A DNA stretch of 19,007 nucleotides from Myxococcales bacterium (GCA_037441385.1 JBBISH010000119.1:1-19007), one strand, 5' to 3'; counted from the stretch's first letter, positions 1 through 9,401 are shown. Notes: a model not told the origin generated them from the sequence alone. Made by a program: numbers and translations.

Positions 1-45
1 AACCTTGGCCTGCCGGACATCCGAAGCCAGGCCCGAACCGCGTAG
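1..45 (+). CDS. C-terminal end (partial) of group II intron reverse transcriptase/maturase
   Basis: Frame 1 reads NLGLPDIRSQARTA* (TAG 43-45) and ends 7 nt before intron DV. A terminal 'LGL' is typical of class C IEP C-termini. Only 14 codons are visible. Confidence 0.7.
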   Translation, partial: NLGLPDIRSQARTA

Positions 46-122
46 CACGCGAACCGCCGGATGCGGACCCGCATGTCCGGTGGTGTGGGAGGGGCGTCGG
101 GCAACCGGCGCCCCTACCCGAT
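1..122 (+). mobile_element. 3' end of a group II intron, class C (IIC)-like: domain V and domain VI
   Basis: DV 53-84: ACCGCCGGA-TGCG-GACC-CGCA-TG-TCCGGTGGT, a short DV with a CGC catalytic triad at 55-57. DVI 87-119: GGGAGGGGCGTCGG-GCAA-CCGGCGCCCCT[A]CCC with the bulged branch A at 116. Canonical 3' end ...CCCGAT at 122. Confidence 0.93.
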
Positions 123-245
123 AGGGCGATTCGATGCGGTGGCAGAGTAGGCAACTGGTAAAGCAGGCGAACTGGTACGACCTGTGCGAGTAGCATACAG
201 TGGCGAGGCGGTTGCCGCAGGCGGCATTGCCGAGGCCAGATGTGA

Positions 246-377
246 CACGCACGCTACCGGATTCACCCGTGTACGGCTTCCATGACCCGGTCTGCAGCTG
301 GCAAGAGTCAGGCGGGATCCCTGGTTCAGGCCGGAACAATTGCCGAAGTTTTCTGGCCAGTTCCAGCGGATTCCGTG
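246..377 (+). mobile_element. Family A 132-bp MITE-like element, copy 1 (divergent)
   Basis: Aligns with the other copies. Ends CACG...CGTG. TGA direct repeats at 243-245 and 378-380. Confidence 0.85.
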
Positions 378-379
378 TG

Positions 380-3300
380 ATGTCGACTGCGGCCGCCGGC
401 CTTGGCTGTCGGTCGCGGTGGTCGGGTGGCACGGGGATCTTGGCGTCTTCGCTGCTGGTCGCCGTCGCCCTGGCGGTACTGGCCGTGGCGGCTGAAGTCT
501 GGGCTCAGCCCGGTCCCAGTCAGGCTCCGGTCGCTTTGCCCAAGGATTCCACGCTCATCGAGGCCTTGGCGCCGCTGTTGTCGGTATCGCCGGACGGTCA
601 GGCCGCGATCGCCCTGGGCAGTGACCACGGCTTGGAGATTCGCGACCGCGACTCCACCGTCTACCGGCCGTCGCCGCGGCAAAATGGCGTATCTTCAGAG
701 GAAGTCGCCTGGGCGCGGATCGTGGAGCGCGGCCGGCAACAGAGCAAAGTACTGGTGCGCGGCGCGTGCGACCCGCTGCAACCTGGCCTGGTGGTTTCGC
801 TGCGCCTGCGCGTGCCTGCCTGGGCGGCCGACGAGCCGCTGATGCGCGCCTTGGCGCTGGGTTTTGTGCCCCTTGGAGTGACCGACCGCCGCCCGCTGAC
901 CTCGCTGGCCACGCTGTTGGCGCAAAACGCCGCGGCGGCACAGGGCGCGGTTACTCGGCTGACCAGCGAGTCGCGATCGGTGGCCGACCAGGCGCGGGCC
1001 ATGAACAAGGCGGTGGTCCGCGGTCGATACCTGGGCCAGTCCTTGGGCCAGGCGATGGCCGCAACCGAAGACGCCGACACGCGCGAATGCCTGCGCTACG
1101 TGGTCGCCAATCCCGAGCGATACGCCAACTCGAGCTATGCTTGGGCCGAGATCTACGCGACCTGGCTGCTGTTTGCCGACGACGATCAAGCTGTTCGCCG
1201 CCACACCGACGCGGTTGCCGCGCTTGAGCAGCAGGCCGACGCCGCCAGTAGCAGCGAGCGTTTTGGCGAGGCCACGGCACTGTGGCAGCGCTTGCTCGCC
1301 CTGGAGCCCGAACAGCAACGGGCCAAGAAGGCACTTGCGGCCTTGGCCTGGCGCAGCAACTTGTTGGCGCAGCTGGCCGAAGCGCCTCGCGACCGCGATC
1401 TGCGGTGGAGCCTGAGTGTCGCCCTCATCGACCTGGGGGCCTACGCCGCCGCCCGGCAAGTGCTAGAGACCTTGGTGGCCGACGATGCCGAAGACACCGT
1501 GGCTGCGAACAAATTGGCCCAGCTGGCCTGGTGGCAGCGGCGGGTGGCCGAGGCTGAAGCTCGCTGGCGGGACCTGGCGCACCGCACCGGCAAGGCCACC
1601 TTCGCCAAGAGCGCCGACCTGATGCGCCAGTGGCTGCACACCACCGCCCACAATCAGGACTCGCCAAGCTGCCTGGCCCTGGCCAACGCCTTTGTCGACC
1701 ATCAAATGTGGAGTGACGCCAGCGCGTGGTATGGAGAGGCCCGACGGTTTTCGACGAGCGCTGCGGCCACCGCCCTGGCGTGTCAGGGCCAAGAGCGCGT
1801 GGATCGGGCGGTGCGGGCCACGGAGCGCGCCCAGCAGGGGCGCCAAGCCGTCGACGAGTTTGCGGTGGTGGCTGTGGAGGCGGCCTTTGACGATACAGTC
1901 AAGCTACTGGCGGATCGGCCGGCGGTGGCGGCAGAGCTGTTGCGGCCGGTTGCCGATGCCGCCCGCGACAAGCGGTTGTTGCACTTGGCCGAGCGCCTGG
2001 CGGAGCGCTTGGTGGCCATGGACCCCACCAATGTCGAGATGTGGAATACCCTGGCACTGACCCAAGGGAGGCTGCGCAAGCCCACGCAAGAGCTCAAGAC
2101 TCTGCTGCAGGCGCAGGAAATCGACGACTTTGGTGGCATGGCCGCCCTTGGTCAGTTTACTGCCTACATGCGCCTGGGCCAGCTGGCCAAGGCCCGCGAG
2201 GCGGCACGGCGCCTGATTCAGAAGGCGGGCGGCGATGCCATCGGCCACATCCTGGCCGCCAAGGTCGCTGTGGCCGAAGCCCGCTATGCCGAAGCCGCCC
2301 AGCACACCGCCAAGGCTTGGGCGCGGGTCTCGTTTGAGCCCGACGACAAGCACATTGCCCTGGCCGATCGTGCCGAGGTCGAAGCGGCGATCGACGCAGG
2401 TACGCAACTGCGCAGCTTGTCGCCTCGGCAACTGGCCACGCCGCAGGGCCGGCGCCTCACGCGCCAATTGGGGATCGCCTTGGCCGAGCTTGGGGCCTTT
2501 GATGCGGCCAGCAAAGTGCTGGAGCAACTGCCGTCCGGCTCTGCCGAACGCCGCGAGCTTGCCGGCGCCCTGGCCAGCGACGACACCACGCCGCCCGACA
2601 TGGCCTTGGCCTATTGCGAGCAAGCCCAAGACGGCAGCGCTGTGCGGCAGCGGCAGCTCCAGCGGATGCGGGCGGAAGCCGCGGCCTTGCGCCATCCCGA
2701 CGACTTGGGCCTGCAGTTGCGCTGGGCCCAGCTGCTGATCCTCGACGGGCAGTTCTTGCTGGCGCGCGGGGTGTGTGCCCAAGCGTTGGCCCGCGCCGAC
2801 CGCACGGGCGACCTTGCCGTTAACCTGAGCCAAGTAGCCAAGTTGGCCGACGACGGGCTGGCGGCAGATGCCCGCTTGGCCCAGTCTCGGGCGGCGAGCG
2901 TGGTCGACAACGACGAACAGGGCGAGTCCGAGGCGGTGGCGGCCTTGGCAGTGTTTCAGCGCCTGGGTGCTCCGGCTCGCGCAGGCGACGCTGCCCTTCG
3001 CGCGGCCTCGGCGGCGGCGGCGCACGGCGAGGAGCTGCGGGCCGTGGCGCTGGCCCAGCAGGCGGTGGCGATCGCCAAGAACGAGGGCGACCCTGCCGAC
3101 GTCCTCCGCGCCGAGGAGGTGCTGGCGCATATCCGAGCGCTGCTTGGCGCCCTCGACGCCTGGGCGCCGGCGATCGAGGCGCTTGAGCGCCGCTGCCTCG
3201 ACCGCGGCCGGGTGACCTGCCTGGCCGGAACGCGCCTGCGCCTGGCCCAAGGGGCCCGCCAGCAAGGGCGATTGGCTCAGGCCCTCGCCTACGCACGGCA

Positions 3301-5608
3301 GTCGCGCCGCAACGCCGAGCTCGGTGGCGAGCCGCACTTGTTCCGCAAGGCCTTGGACGAGGAGCTGAGCATCCTGATGGCGGCGGAGGACTTGCCCGAG
3401 GCCGTGACCGTCGCCACCCAGCTCTTCGAGATGGCCAGAGCTGGCGGCGAGGGGCACCAAGAGCGCGCCGCACTCACCCGGCTGGCGGCGGTCGCCTGGC
3501 GGCTCGGGGACGATCGCTTGGCTGCCGACCGGTTCGCCGCGGCCCTGGCCTCGGCCCACGACGCCGAGCCGGCCCAGGTGCCGTGGATCCGCCTTGAGCG
3601 CGCCCAATGGTGGCTCGACGGCCACGCGGGCGAGCAGGCCGTGCAGTGGGCGCAAAAGGCCGCCGACGAGATGGCCGAAGTTGCACAAGCGTATCGTGCG
3701 CGGAGCAGCGACACTTCGCGCATCGAGGCCGAAGCGCTGCAAGCGCGGGCCCTGCTGGCCGCCGGGCAGCCGTCCGAGGCGCGGCGTGTGGCGGCTCGGG
3801 TCGAAGCCGACGCGCTGGCCCGCTCGGCGTTTGAAGACGCACTCACCGCGGCCTGGGTGCGGGCCCGCAGCGAACCGGTCGCCGCCCAGGCCGTTGCCGC
3901 TGGCGAGCGGGCCGTCGCCTTGGCCAATCGGCTCGAATTGCCGGGCTGGCGTTCGCTGGCGCTGCACGCGCTGGGGCAAGCCCACCTGCGCGCTGGCGAT
4001 GCGGCCAAGGGTCGCAAGTGGCTGTTGCAGGCTGTGGATCAAGCCGCAGAACAAGCCGTGATGGCGGTTGGCGCGGCCAGTCCGGTGTTGCGGCGCGAGC
4101 GCGAACAGGTGTTTGCCGATGCGGTGCAAGCCCTGCTCGCAGCGGGTGCGCAGGATCAGGCCCTGCAAGTGCTGGCGGTGGCGCGAGCGGTGCAAGCCCG
4201 GAACAATCGCGCCCTTGCTGGTGTGCAGGCCGGCGACGCTGAGGCCCAAGCCGCCCTGCAAGCCTATGTTTCGGCTCGACAACAGCAGCACGCCGCGCGC
4301 GCCGCGGCCAGTCACTCGTCCGGGAAGGGCGCGGCCACGGCCGAGCAGTCGGCGTGGAAGGCGCGCGCCGAGGCCAAGACGCGGGAAACCCAGAGCCAGC
4401 TGCAGACCATTCGCGCCCACTACAAGCGCCTGTGGCCGCAGGTGGCGGTGGAGCCCGAGTCGTTGCCGGCGCTGCTCAAGAGATTGCCCGACAAGACCTT
4501 GATCCTCCAGTACTTTGCTTTGCCCGATCGCCTGGTGCTGTTTGTGGTCGGGCCCGGCGGTATCCAGACCCGCGAAGTGCCCGTGGCATGGCCCGAGGTC
4601 GAGCGCGCTGTCGAGGCCTGGCGGCGCTTGGCGGTCGACGACGGTCGGCGCCTGGCAGCAGCGAATGGTTCGCGCGGTGCGGAGGCCCTGGGCGACCTGC
4701 CTGCGGCGTCCACCGCGACGGTCGCGGCCGACCAGAGCCGCGAGCAGCAGCTTCAGACCGTGGGGTTGAAGCTCTATGGTTGGCTGCTGCAGCCGGTGCA
4801 AGCCGAAATCGCTGCGGCGAACACGGTGCTGGTGGTGCCGTTTTCGCTGCTCCACTACCTGCCCCTGCACGCCTTGCCGCACCGCACGCCAAGGGGCGAG
4901 ATCCGCTATGTGATCGAAGATGTGCGCATGGGCTACCTGTCCGCGGCCACGGCCACGGCGCTCGCCGACCGCCGCGCACGCACGCCTCGCAGCCTGCGCG
5001 TGTTGGGAATCGGCAATCCCGATGGCACCTTGCCCGGTGCCCACGCCGAGCTGCAGCAGGCGCGGCAGTTCATTGCCTCTGACAGCGTGCTGCTGTTTGG
5101 CAAAGAGGGGACGGTCGCCCAATTCACGTCGCTGGCCAAAGACTTCGACGTCTTGCACCTGGCCACCCACGGTGTGCTCCAAGCTGATCCGTCGCGCAGC
5201 TACCTGCGCATGGCCGACGGGCCGCTGACCCTGTCGGCGATTTCGGCCACCGATGGCCTGGCGCTGCGGCCCCGACTTGCGGTGCTGTCGGCCTGTTCGA
5301 CGCTGCTGCAGCGCGCGGCCGAGCCGGGGGTGGCCGTGGTCGGCGACGAAATTGCGTCGCTGGCCACCGCCTTTGCCGTGGCCGGAGTGCCCACCCTTGT
5401 AGCGACGCTGTGGGACGTGGACGACCAGGCGACGGCCGCGTTGATGGCGAGTTTCTATCGGCACTTGGCCGCTGGGGCCGATACGCTCGAAGCGCTGCGC
5501 CAGGCCCAGTTGGCCCTATTGGCGGCGGGGCGAAATGGCATGGGGCGGCCGGCCTTTGCTTCGCCAGCAGCCTGGGGAGCGGTAGAGCTGGTTGGCGATC
5601 CGCGTTGA
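380..5608 (+). CDS. Secreted TPR-repeat CHAT-domain (caspase-like) protease, ~1742 aa
   Basis: N-terminal hydrophobic signal (ILASSLLVAVALAVLAVAAEVWAQ), long Ala/Leu-rich TPR-like helical region, and a C-terminal CHAT domain (LVVPFSLLHYLPLHAL, LHLATHG His at 5168-5170, VLSAC Cys at 5294-5296, ATLWDVDD, SPAAWGA). Alternative start is GTG 242, in frame through element copy 1. Confidence 0.9.
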   Translation: MSTAAAGLGCRSRWSGGTGILASSLLVAVALAVLAVAAEVWAQPGPSQAPVALPKDSTLIEALAPLLSVSPDGQAAIALGSDHGLEIRDRDSTVYRPSPRQNGVSSEEVAWARIVERGRQQSKVLVRGACDPLQPGLVVSLRLRVPAWAADEPLMRALALGFVPLGVTDRRPLTSLATLLAQNAAAAQGAVTRLTSESRSVADQARAMNKAVVRGRYLGQSLGQAMAATEDADTRECLRYVVANPERYANSSYAWAEIYATWLLFADDDQAVRRHTDAVAALEQQADAASSSERFGEATALWQRLLALEPEQQRAKKALAALAWRSNLLAQLAEAPRDRDLRWSLSVALIDLGAYAAARQVLETLVADDAEDTVAANKLAQLAWWQRRVAEAEARWRDLAHRTGKATFAKSADLMRQWLHTTAHNQDSPSCLALANAFVDHQMWSDASAWYGEARRFSTSAAATALACQGQERVDRAVRATERAQQGRQAVDEFAVVAVEAAFDDTVKLLADRPAVAAELLRPVADAARDKRLLHLAERLAERLVAMDPTNVEMWNTLALTQGRLRKPTQELKTLLQAQEIDDFGGMAALGQFTAYMRLGQLAKAREAARRLIQKAGGDAIGHILAAKVAVAEARYAEAAQHTAKAWARVSFEPDDKHIALADRAEVEAAIDAGTQLRSLSPRQLATPQGRRLTRQLGIALAELGAFDAASKVLEQLPSGSAERRELAGALASDDTTPPDMALAYCEQAQDGSAVRQRQLQRMRAEAAALRHPDDLGLQLRWAQLLILDGQFLLARGVCAQALARADRTGDLAVNLSQVAKLADDGLAADARLAQSRAASVVDNDEQGESEAVAALAVFQRLGAPARAGDAALRAASAAAAHGEELRAVALAQQAVAIAKNEGDPADVLRAEEVLAHIRALLGALDAWAPAIEALERRCLDRGRVTCLAGTRLRLAQGARQQGRLAQALAYARQSRRNAELGGEPHLFRKALDEELSILMAAEDLPEAVTVATQLFEMARAGGEGHQERAALTRLAAVAWRLGDDRLAADRFAAALASAHDAEPAQVPWIRLERAQWWLDGHAGEQAVQWAQKAADEMAEVAQAYRARSSDTSRIEAEALQARALLAAGQPSEARRVAARVEADALARSAFEDALTAAWVRARSEPVAAQAVAAGERAVALANRLELPGWRSLALHALGQAHLRAGDAAKGRKWLLQAVDQAAEQAVMAVGAASPVLRREREQVFADAVQALLAAGAQDQALQVLAVARAVQARNNRALAGVQAGDAEAQAALQAYVSARQQQHAARAAASHSSGKGAATAEQSAWKARAEAKTRETQSQLQTIRAHYKRLWPQVAVEPESLPALLKRLPDKTLILQYFALPDRLVLFVVGPGGIQTREVPVAWPEVERAVEAWRRLAVDDGRRLAAANGSRGAEALGDLPAASTATVAADQSREQQLQTVGLKLYGWLLQPVQAEIAAANTVLVVPFSLLHYLPLHALPHRTPRGEIRYVIEDVRMGYLSAATATALADRRARTPRSLRVLGIGNPDGTLPGAHAELQQARQFIASDSVLLFGKEGTVAQFTSLAKDFDVLHLATHGVLQADPSRSYLRMADGPLTLSAISATDGLALRPRLAVLSACSTLLQRAAEPGVAVVGDEIASLATAFAVAGVPTLVATLWDVDDQATAALMASFYRHLAAGADTLEALRQAQLALLAAGRNGMGRPAFASPAAWGAVELVGDPR

Positions 5609-5934
5609 CGGACGGACCTGAAATGGGGACTAGCGCGCCAACCTGGCGCGGCCCCTTGTCAGGGCTGGTCGGCGTGGGCGTCGCCAGGCCGCCCAACCAC
5701 AGCGCCCGCTTGGGCTGGTCGGGCCGCCCAGCTTGTGCCGTGGCGAGTGCCCTGCGACGGGCTCGCCCGGAAGGCCGCGGCGGGGCGGGCTCGCGCGCAT
5801 GCGCCACTGGGCCTTGCCCGCGGTTGGCATCGGCCAAGGTCGGTGCCGCACTTGACTCGCGATCGTTTCTTGCACGGGTGGCGGAGCTGTGCCAAGGGCG
5901 GCGCCTTGTCTGGAAATTCAGCAGAAATCCACGG

Positions 5935-5963
5935 TTGACGTGGGTCTGCCGGCGGCGTAGGCT
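5935..5963 (+). promoter_or_regulatory. Putative sigma70 promoter
   Basis: TTGACG-N17-TAGGCT with an A-rich stretch upstream and GGAGG at 5992-5996 downstream. Confidence 0.55.
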
Positions 5964-6001
5964 CCTCGCCATAGGCCGAAAGGTCTGGTTTGGAGGGGTG
6001 A

Positions 6002-6133
6002 TGCGGTTTCCGTCCAAATCGGCTCGAAAACTTCGGCAATTCTTCGGGCCCGAGCCGGGGTCCCCGCCTGATTCTCGCCGGTTGCAGACCGGGTCAGAGA
6101 AACCGTACAGGCGTGAATCAGACGGGGTTCGTA
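6002..6133 (-). mobile_element. Family A 132-bp element, copy 2
   Basis: Reverse-orientation full copy. TGA direct repeats at 5999-6001 and 6134-6136. Confidence 0.9.
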
Positions 6134-6194
6134 TGATGTGGGCGCTGCGCTGGTCAGGCCGGGCGACCGTGGGCGGTGGCGCCTTGCATCGGTC

Positions 6195-7325
6195 ATGATC
6201 CGCTGCAGAACCGCTGCTTTGCGCGTAGTGGCGCTGGTCGCGCTCGCAGTCGGCGCCAGCGGGTGCTTGGAGGCGACGGCCCGCGCCACCTTTGTCCACG
6301 ACTACGATTGCCCCGAAGAGGAGCTGCAGCTGCGCGAGCGGCCCGATCTGGACCCGCGCGCCTTTCGCCCACCACTTGGGCCGTGTCCCACGCCGGAGCG
6401 AGCGGACCTCTGTGCTCGCCGCGCAACGGACTGGCACGAGGCCAACCGCGTCGCACCCGACCCGGCCTACCTGCCCAGCGCCACGCTTTACGAAGTCTGG
6501 GGTTGCCGCCGTAAGGCCCTGCTCAGTTGCTTTTCGCCGCGCAAGGGCCAGCGGGGCCCCGCCGGCTGCCGCACCATCGCCTTGGACGCCCCGCCGCCCG
6601 CCATGCCGCCCGCGCGCGACGGTCCAGGCAGCGCCGATCCGTACTACCGGCCCGTCGATCCGGTGGCCGAGCGCCGGGCGAGCGCCTTCTACTTCGGCGC
6701 GCGCAGCGGAGTGTTGCCGGTCTCGGCGGGCGCGGTCAGCCAACCGGTAACCTTGGGCAGTGGCGCAACCACCCAATACTTCGCGGCTGCGCACGAGGTG
6801 ACGATCCCCTTTGGCATCGAGGCCAGCTACCAGTTCCGGCCCTCCGAGCGCTTGGCCATCGAGACGGGGTTCTCAGCCTCGGGTGGCTATGCCGCCAGTG
6901 GTTTTCCGGTGTTCGCCTTCGACTTGCCCGTCCGGCTGCTGCTGATGTTCGACCACCTGGGCGTGTACGCCGGCGGTTCGTTTCTGGTGGGGAGCTACAC
7001 GGTCGACGCCATCACACTGGCCAAGGGCGACCAACTAGGCGTATTCACTGCCCGCCAGGGCGACACGGTGCAGGCCACCACGCAATGGATGACCGTGGGC
7101 GTTGGCGCCGGAGTCCGCTACGAGTTCCAGCATTTGTATCTGCGGGTTGGACTTGCCCACTACCTGCGCAAGCATCTGGATGGATGGGAGACTTCGTATC
7201 GGCAGGCCTCGGACGGCGAGCGCCGCGGCATCAGCGAGCAGACCTACGGCAACGCGACGCCCAACGTGGACGCGGGTGGGCTGATGTTCGACCTGGCGCT
7301 GGGCATTCCGTTCAAGCTCTTCTAG
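6195..7325 (+). CDS. Lipoprotein with an N-terminal Cys-containing domain and a C-terminal outer-membrane beta-barrel-like domain
   Basis: Lipobox VGASG-C after a hydrophobic stretch; CPEEEL...YEVWGC domain; Pro-rich linker; amphipathic strands (GVGAGVRYEF, LYLRVGL); ends in aromatic F (GLMFDLALGIPFKLF). Alternative start GTG 6138. Confidence 0.75.
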   Translation: MIRCRTAALRVVALVALAVGASGCLEATARATFVHDYDCPEEELQLRERPDLDPRAFRPPLGPCPTPERADLCARRATDWHEANRVAPDPAYLPSATLYEVWGCRRKALLSCFSPRKGQRGPAGCRTIALDAPPPAMPPARDGPGSADPYYRPVDPVAERRASAFYFGARSGVLPVSAGAVSQPVTLGSGATTQYFAAAHEVTIPFGIEASYQFRPSERLAIETGFSASGGYAASGFPVFAFDLPVRLLLMFDHLGVYAGGSFLVGSYTVDAITLAKGDQLGVFTARQGDTVQATTQWMTVGVGAGVRYEFQHLYLRVGLAHYLRKHLDGWETSYRQASDGERRGISEQTYGNATPNVDAGGLMFDLALGIPFKLF

Positions 7326-7399
7326 GGCGGACGCTCCGGCGGCGGCGGATCCGCGCGCTTGCCCCAGGGTTGCTTGGGTCGCGAATCGGAGGCGAAGTG

Positions 7400-8755
7400 A
7401 TGCCACGACAAGCCCTGCAGTGCCGCTCTACCCTGCGCCGGGCGGGGCCCAAGCGCCCCAACTCCGCGACTTGGCGGAGACTCTGGGCCTTGGCGACGCT
7501 GGCGTTGCTCCTGGTCACGTCCTCAGCCCACGCGGAAGCGATCGCGTTGCTGCGCAAGGCGGGCAGCGCCGAACTTGCCGACGCCCGCTTTGCCCGCGAA
7601 TCCGGCCTGCAGATCGAGGCGGTCACCGTCGAGTTCCAGTGCGAGTCCACAGGCTTCGACCTTGCCACCACCCGCTCCGGCCACCGCTGCCGCAAGGAGC
7701 AAGTCGCGGTCTTGGTCAACCGCAGCGAGGCGGCCGTCGACCTGGTGGGCCGCGCGTGCGGTCCGTGCGTGGGGCGCTGGTGTACCCACTTCCAGGGCAG
7801 CCCAGTTGCCGAGATCGACCTGGATGACCGCGATTCAGAGGACTTGGCTGCCCAAATGCGCCGACTCACCGGCGAGCCGGGCGGTGGCGGCGTGGCCCTG
7901 TACGCTTGCGACGGCATCGCTGTGAAACTGCCACCCGGCGGACGCCTGGAAATCCGTTCGCGCAGCGGCTACTTCGACGCCAACTTCGCAGAGCCGGCCT
8001 TTGACGACAGCTGCCGTTTGAGCCGCAGTGGTGCCTCGGGCGCAGTGTCCAGTGTGCCCGGCTTCGCCGTGCGCCATCCGCTGCTCCATACCAGCGTGGC
8101 CTGCGCGACCATCGCCGATTTCGCCGTGGATGCAAGGTGGTTGCAGCTCTATCGCGGCGATGCCGTGGTGGCCGGCCGGATGCGGCACGCCAACGGTTTG
8201 GCGGCGTCGGCCGTGGGCAGCCGGCCCGCGGCGCTGCAGACCAGCGACGGCGAGGCGACCTTGCTGGTGGGCGTTGGACCGACGTGCAACGCCAATTCCC
8301 ACTGCGATCCGGCGGGGCAGGCCGCCATCCGCTTGACCCGACCGGGCACCTGGCTGCGCAACGGCGGGCCAACGGTGGCGTTTGGCTCGACCCGCCACGA
8401 TGGCAATGCCGACCGATTGCGCATCGGCTACGACGTAGGTTTTGGCCAAAGCGTCGCCATGGGTTCGCTGCACCTGGACATGAGCGTCACGGGTCCGCGC
8501 CGCCTGGTGCTGACGCCCAGCGTGTCGCTGCTGTTGCCCCTGGCCATCGCCCCGCCGCTGTTCCTCTTGCCCAGCCTGGCGCTGGGCGTGGGGGCGCCCG
8601 TGCAGGTGGTCCCCGAGCCGCGCGTCGGCGTTCGGTTGCTGGCTGACGCGACCCTGCTTTCCGTGGGTTTCGTGGTGGCGGGCGACTATTTCGGGGCCGC
8701 GGCGCAGCAGCCCGGCGAGTGGCGCTACTCGCTGCTGTTTACGGCGGGGTTGTAG
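7400..8755 (+). CDS. Exported protein with a C-terminal beta-barrel-like region, 451 aa
   Basis: GGAGG at 7388-7392; signal peptide LWALATLALLLVTSSAHA-EA; C-terminal amphipathic strands (RLRIGYDVG, WRYSLLFTAGL). The upstream part of the 6527 ORF overlaps the previous gene. Confidence 0.75.
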   Translation: MPRQALQCRSTLRRAGPKRPNSATWRRLWALATLALLLVTSSAHAEAIALLRKAGSAELADARFARESGLQIEAVTVEFQCESTGFDLATTRSGHRCRKEQVAVLVNRSEAAVDLVGRACGPCVGRWCTHFQGSPVAEIDLDDRDSEDLAAQMRRLTGEPGGGGVALYACDGIAVKLPPGGRLEIRSRSGYFDANFAEPAFDDSCRLSRSGASGAVSSVPGFAVRHPLLHTSVACATIADFAVDARWLQLYRGDAVVAGRMRHANGLAASAVGSRPAALQTSDGEATLLVGVGPTCNANSHCDPAGQAAIRLTRPGTWLRNGGPTVAFGSTRHDGNADRLRIGYDVGFGQSVAMGSLHLDMSVTGPRRLVLTPSVSLLLPLAIAPPLFLLPSLALGVGAPVQVVPEPRVGVRLLADATLLSVGFVVAGDYFGAAAQQPGEWRYSLLFTAGL

Positions 8756-8769
8756 CTCCCACTCCGTAA

Positions 8770-8834
8770 TACGGTTTCCGTCCAAATCGGCTCGAAAACT
8801 TCGGCAATTCTTCGGGCCCGAACCGGGGTTCGTC
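8770..8834 (-). mobile_element. Family A element, copy 3 (65 bp, internally deleted)
   Basis: Both termini are present (TACGGTTTCCG... and ...GGGGTTCGTC). TAA direct repeats at 8767-8769 and 8835-8837. It lacks the 67 bp between the two CGGGGT motifs seen in copy 2. Confidence 0.85.
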
Positions 8835-9401
8835 TAAGAGCGGGCATGGTCCGCGGACCTGCCTTGTGCCCAACGGGCGATAGCTACTTGACCTGCACCG
8901 TCAGCACTGGGCCCGAACTCGGCGCGGCGCGGCGCTTGCCATCCCGCAAGGCCGGTGCCCCACTTCGCTCTTGGCCCTGGCTCGCACGGGGCGGCGCTGT
9001 GCACGCCCGACGCCCACGCTAGTCGCGCACGACCTCGACGATTGTTCCCGCACTTTGCCCTTGAATGTCAGGCCGATCAGGCTCCATCGCCAGGGCCGGC
9101 GGCGCAGTGGACCGCCCTGGCGTGGCGGCCCGCACCACGAACGGCCCTTGGACCGCGTCGCGTGCAGCCACGCCGCCACACCTGCCAGCGTCATGGCCGC
9201 CGCCGGCTCGCCGCCCCCGTCCAGAACAGCGCGATTGGCATGCAGAGTTCGGCCCAGTCGCGCCATCCGCTCGTCGCTTGAGCTGGCCAGTGCCTCCAGC
9301 GCTGCGGCGTTCACGGCGGTCGCAGGGGGCGGCGCGCCCCCTTTGGCACTCTCTACCTGGACGCAAAGTCCTACGTTTGTCGCAAGATGGCGAGCGTTGC
9401 G

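Noticed and set aside
1904..5464. Long antisense ORFs (1186 aa here; also 5124-6794, 10533-12689, 14222-15421, 16713-18380)
   Set aside because: Shadow ORFs opposite well-supported genes in high-GC DNA, with no recognisable motifs.
6527..7399. N-terminal part of the 742-aa ORF
   Set aside because: It overlaps the 6195-7325 gene in another frame; the RBS and signal peptide support ATG 7400.
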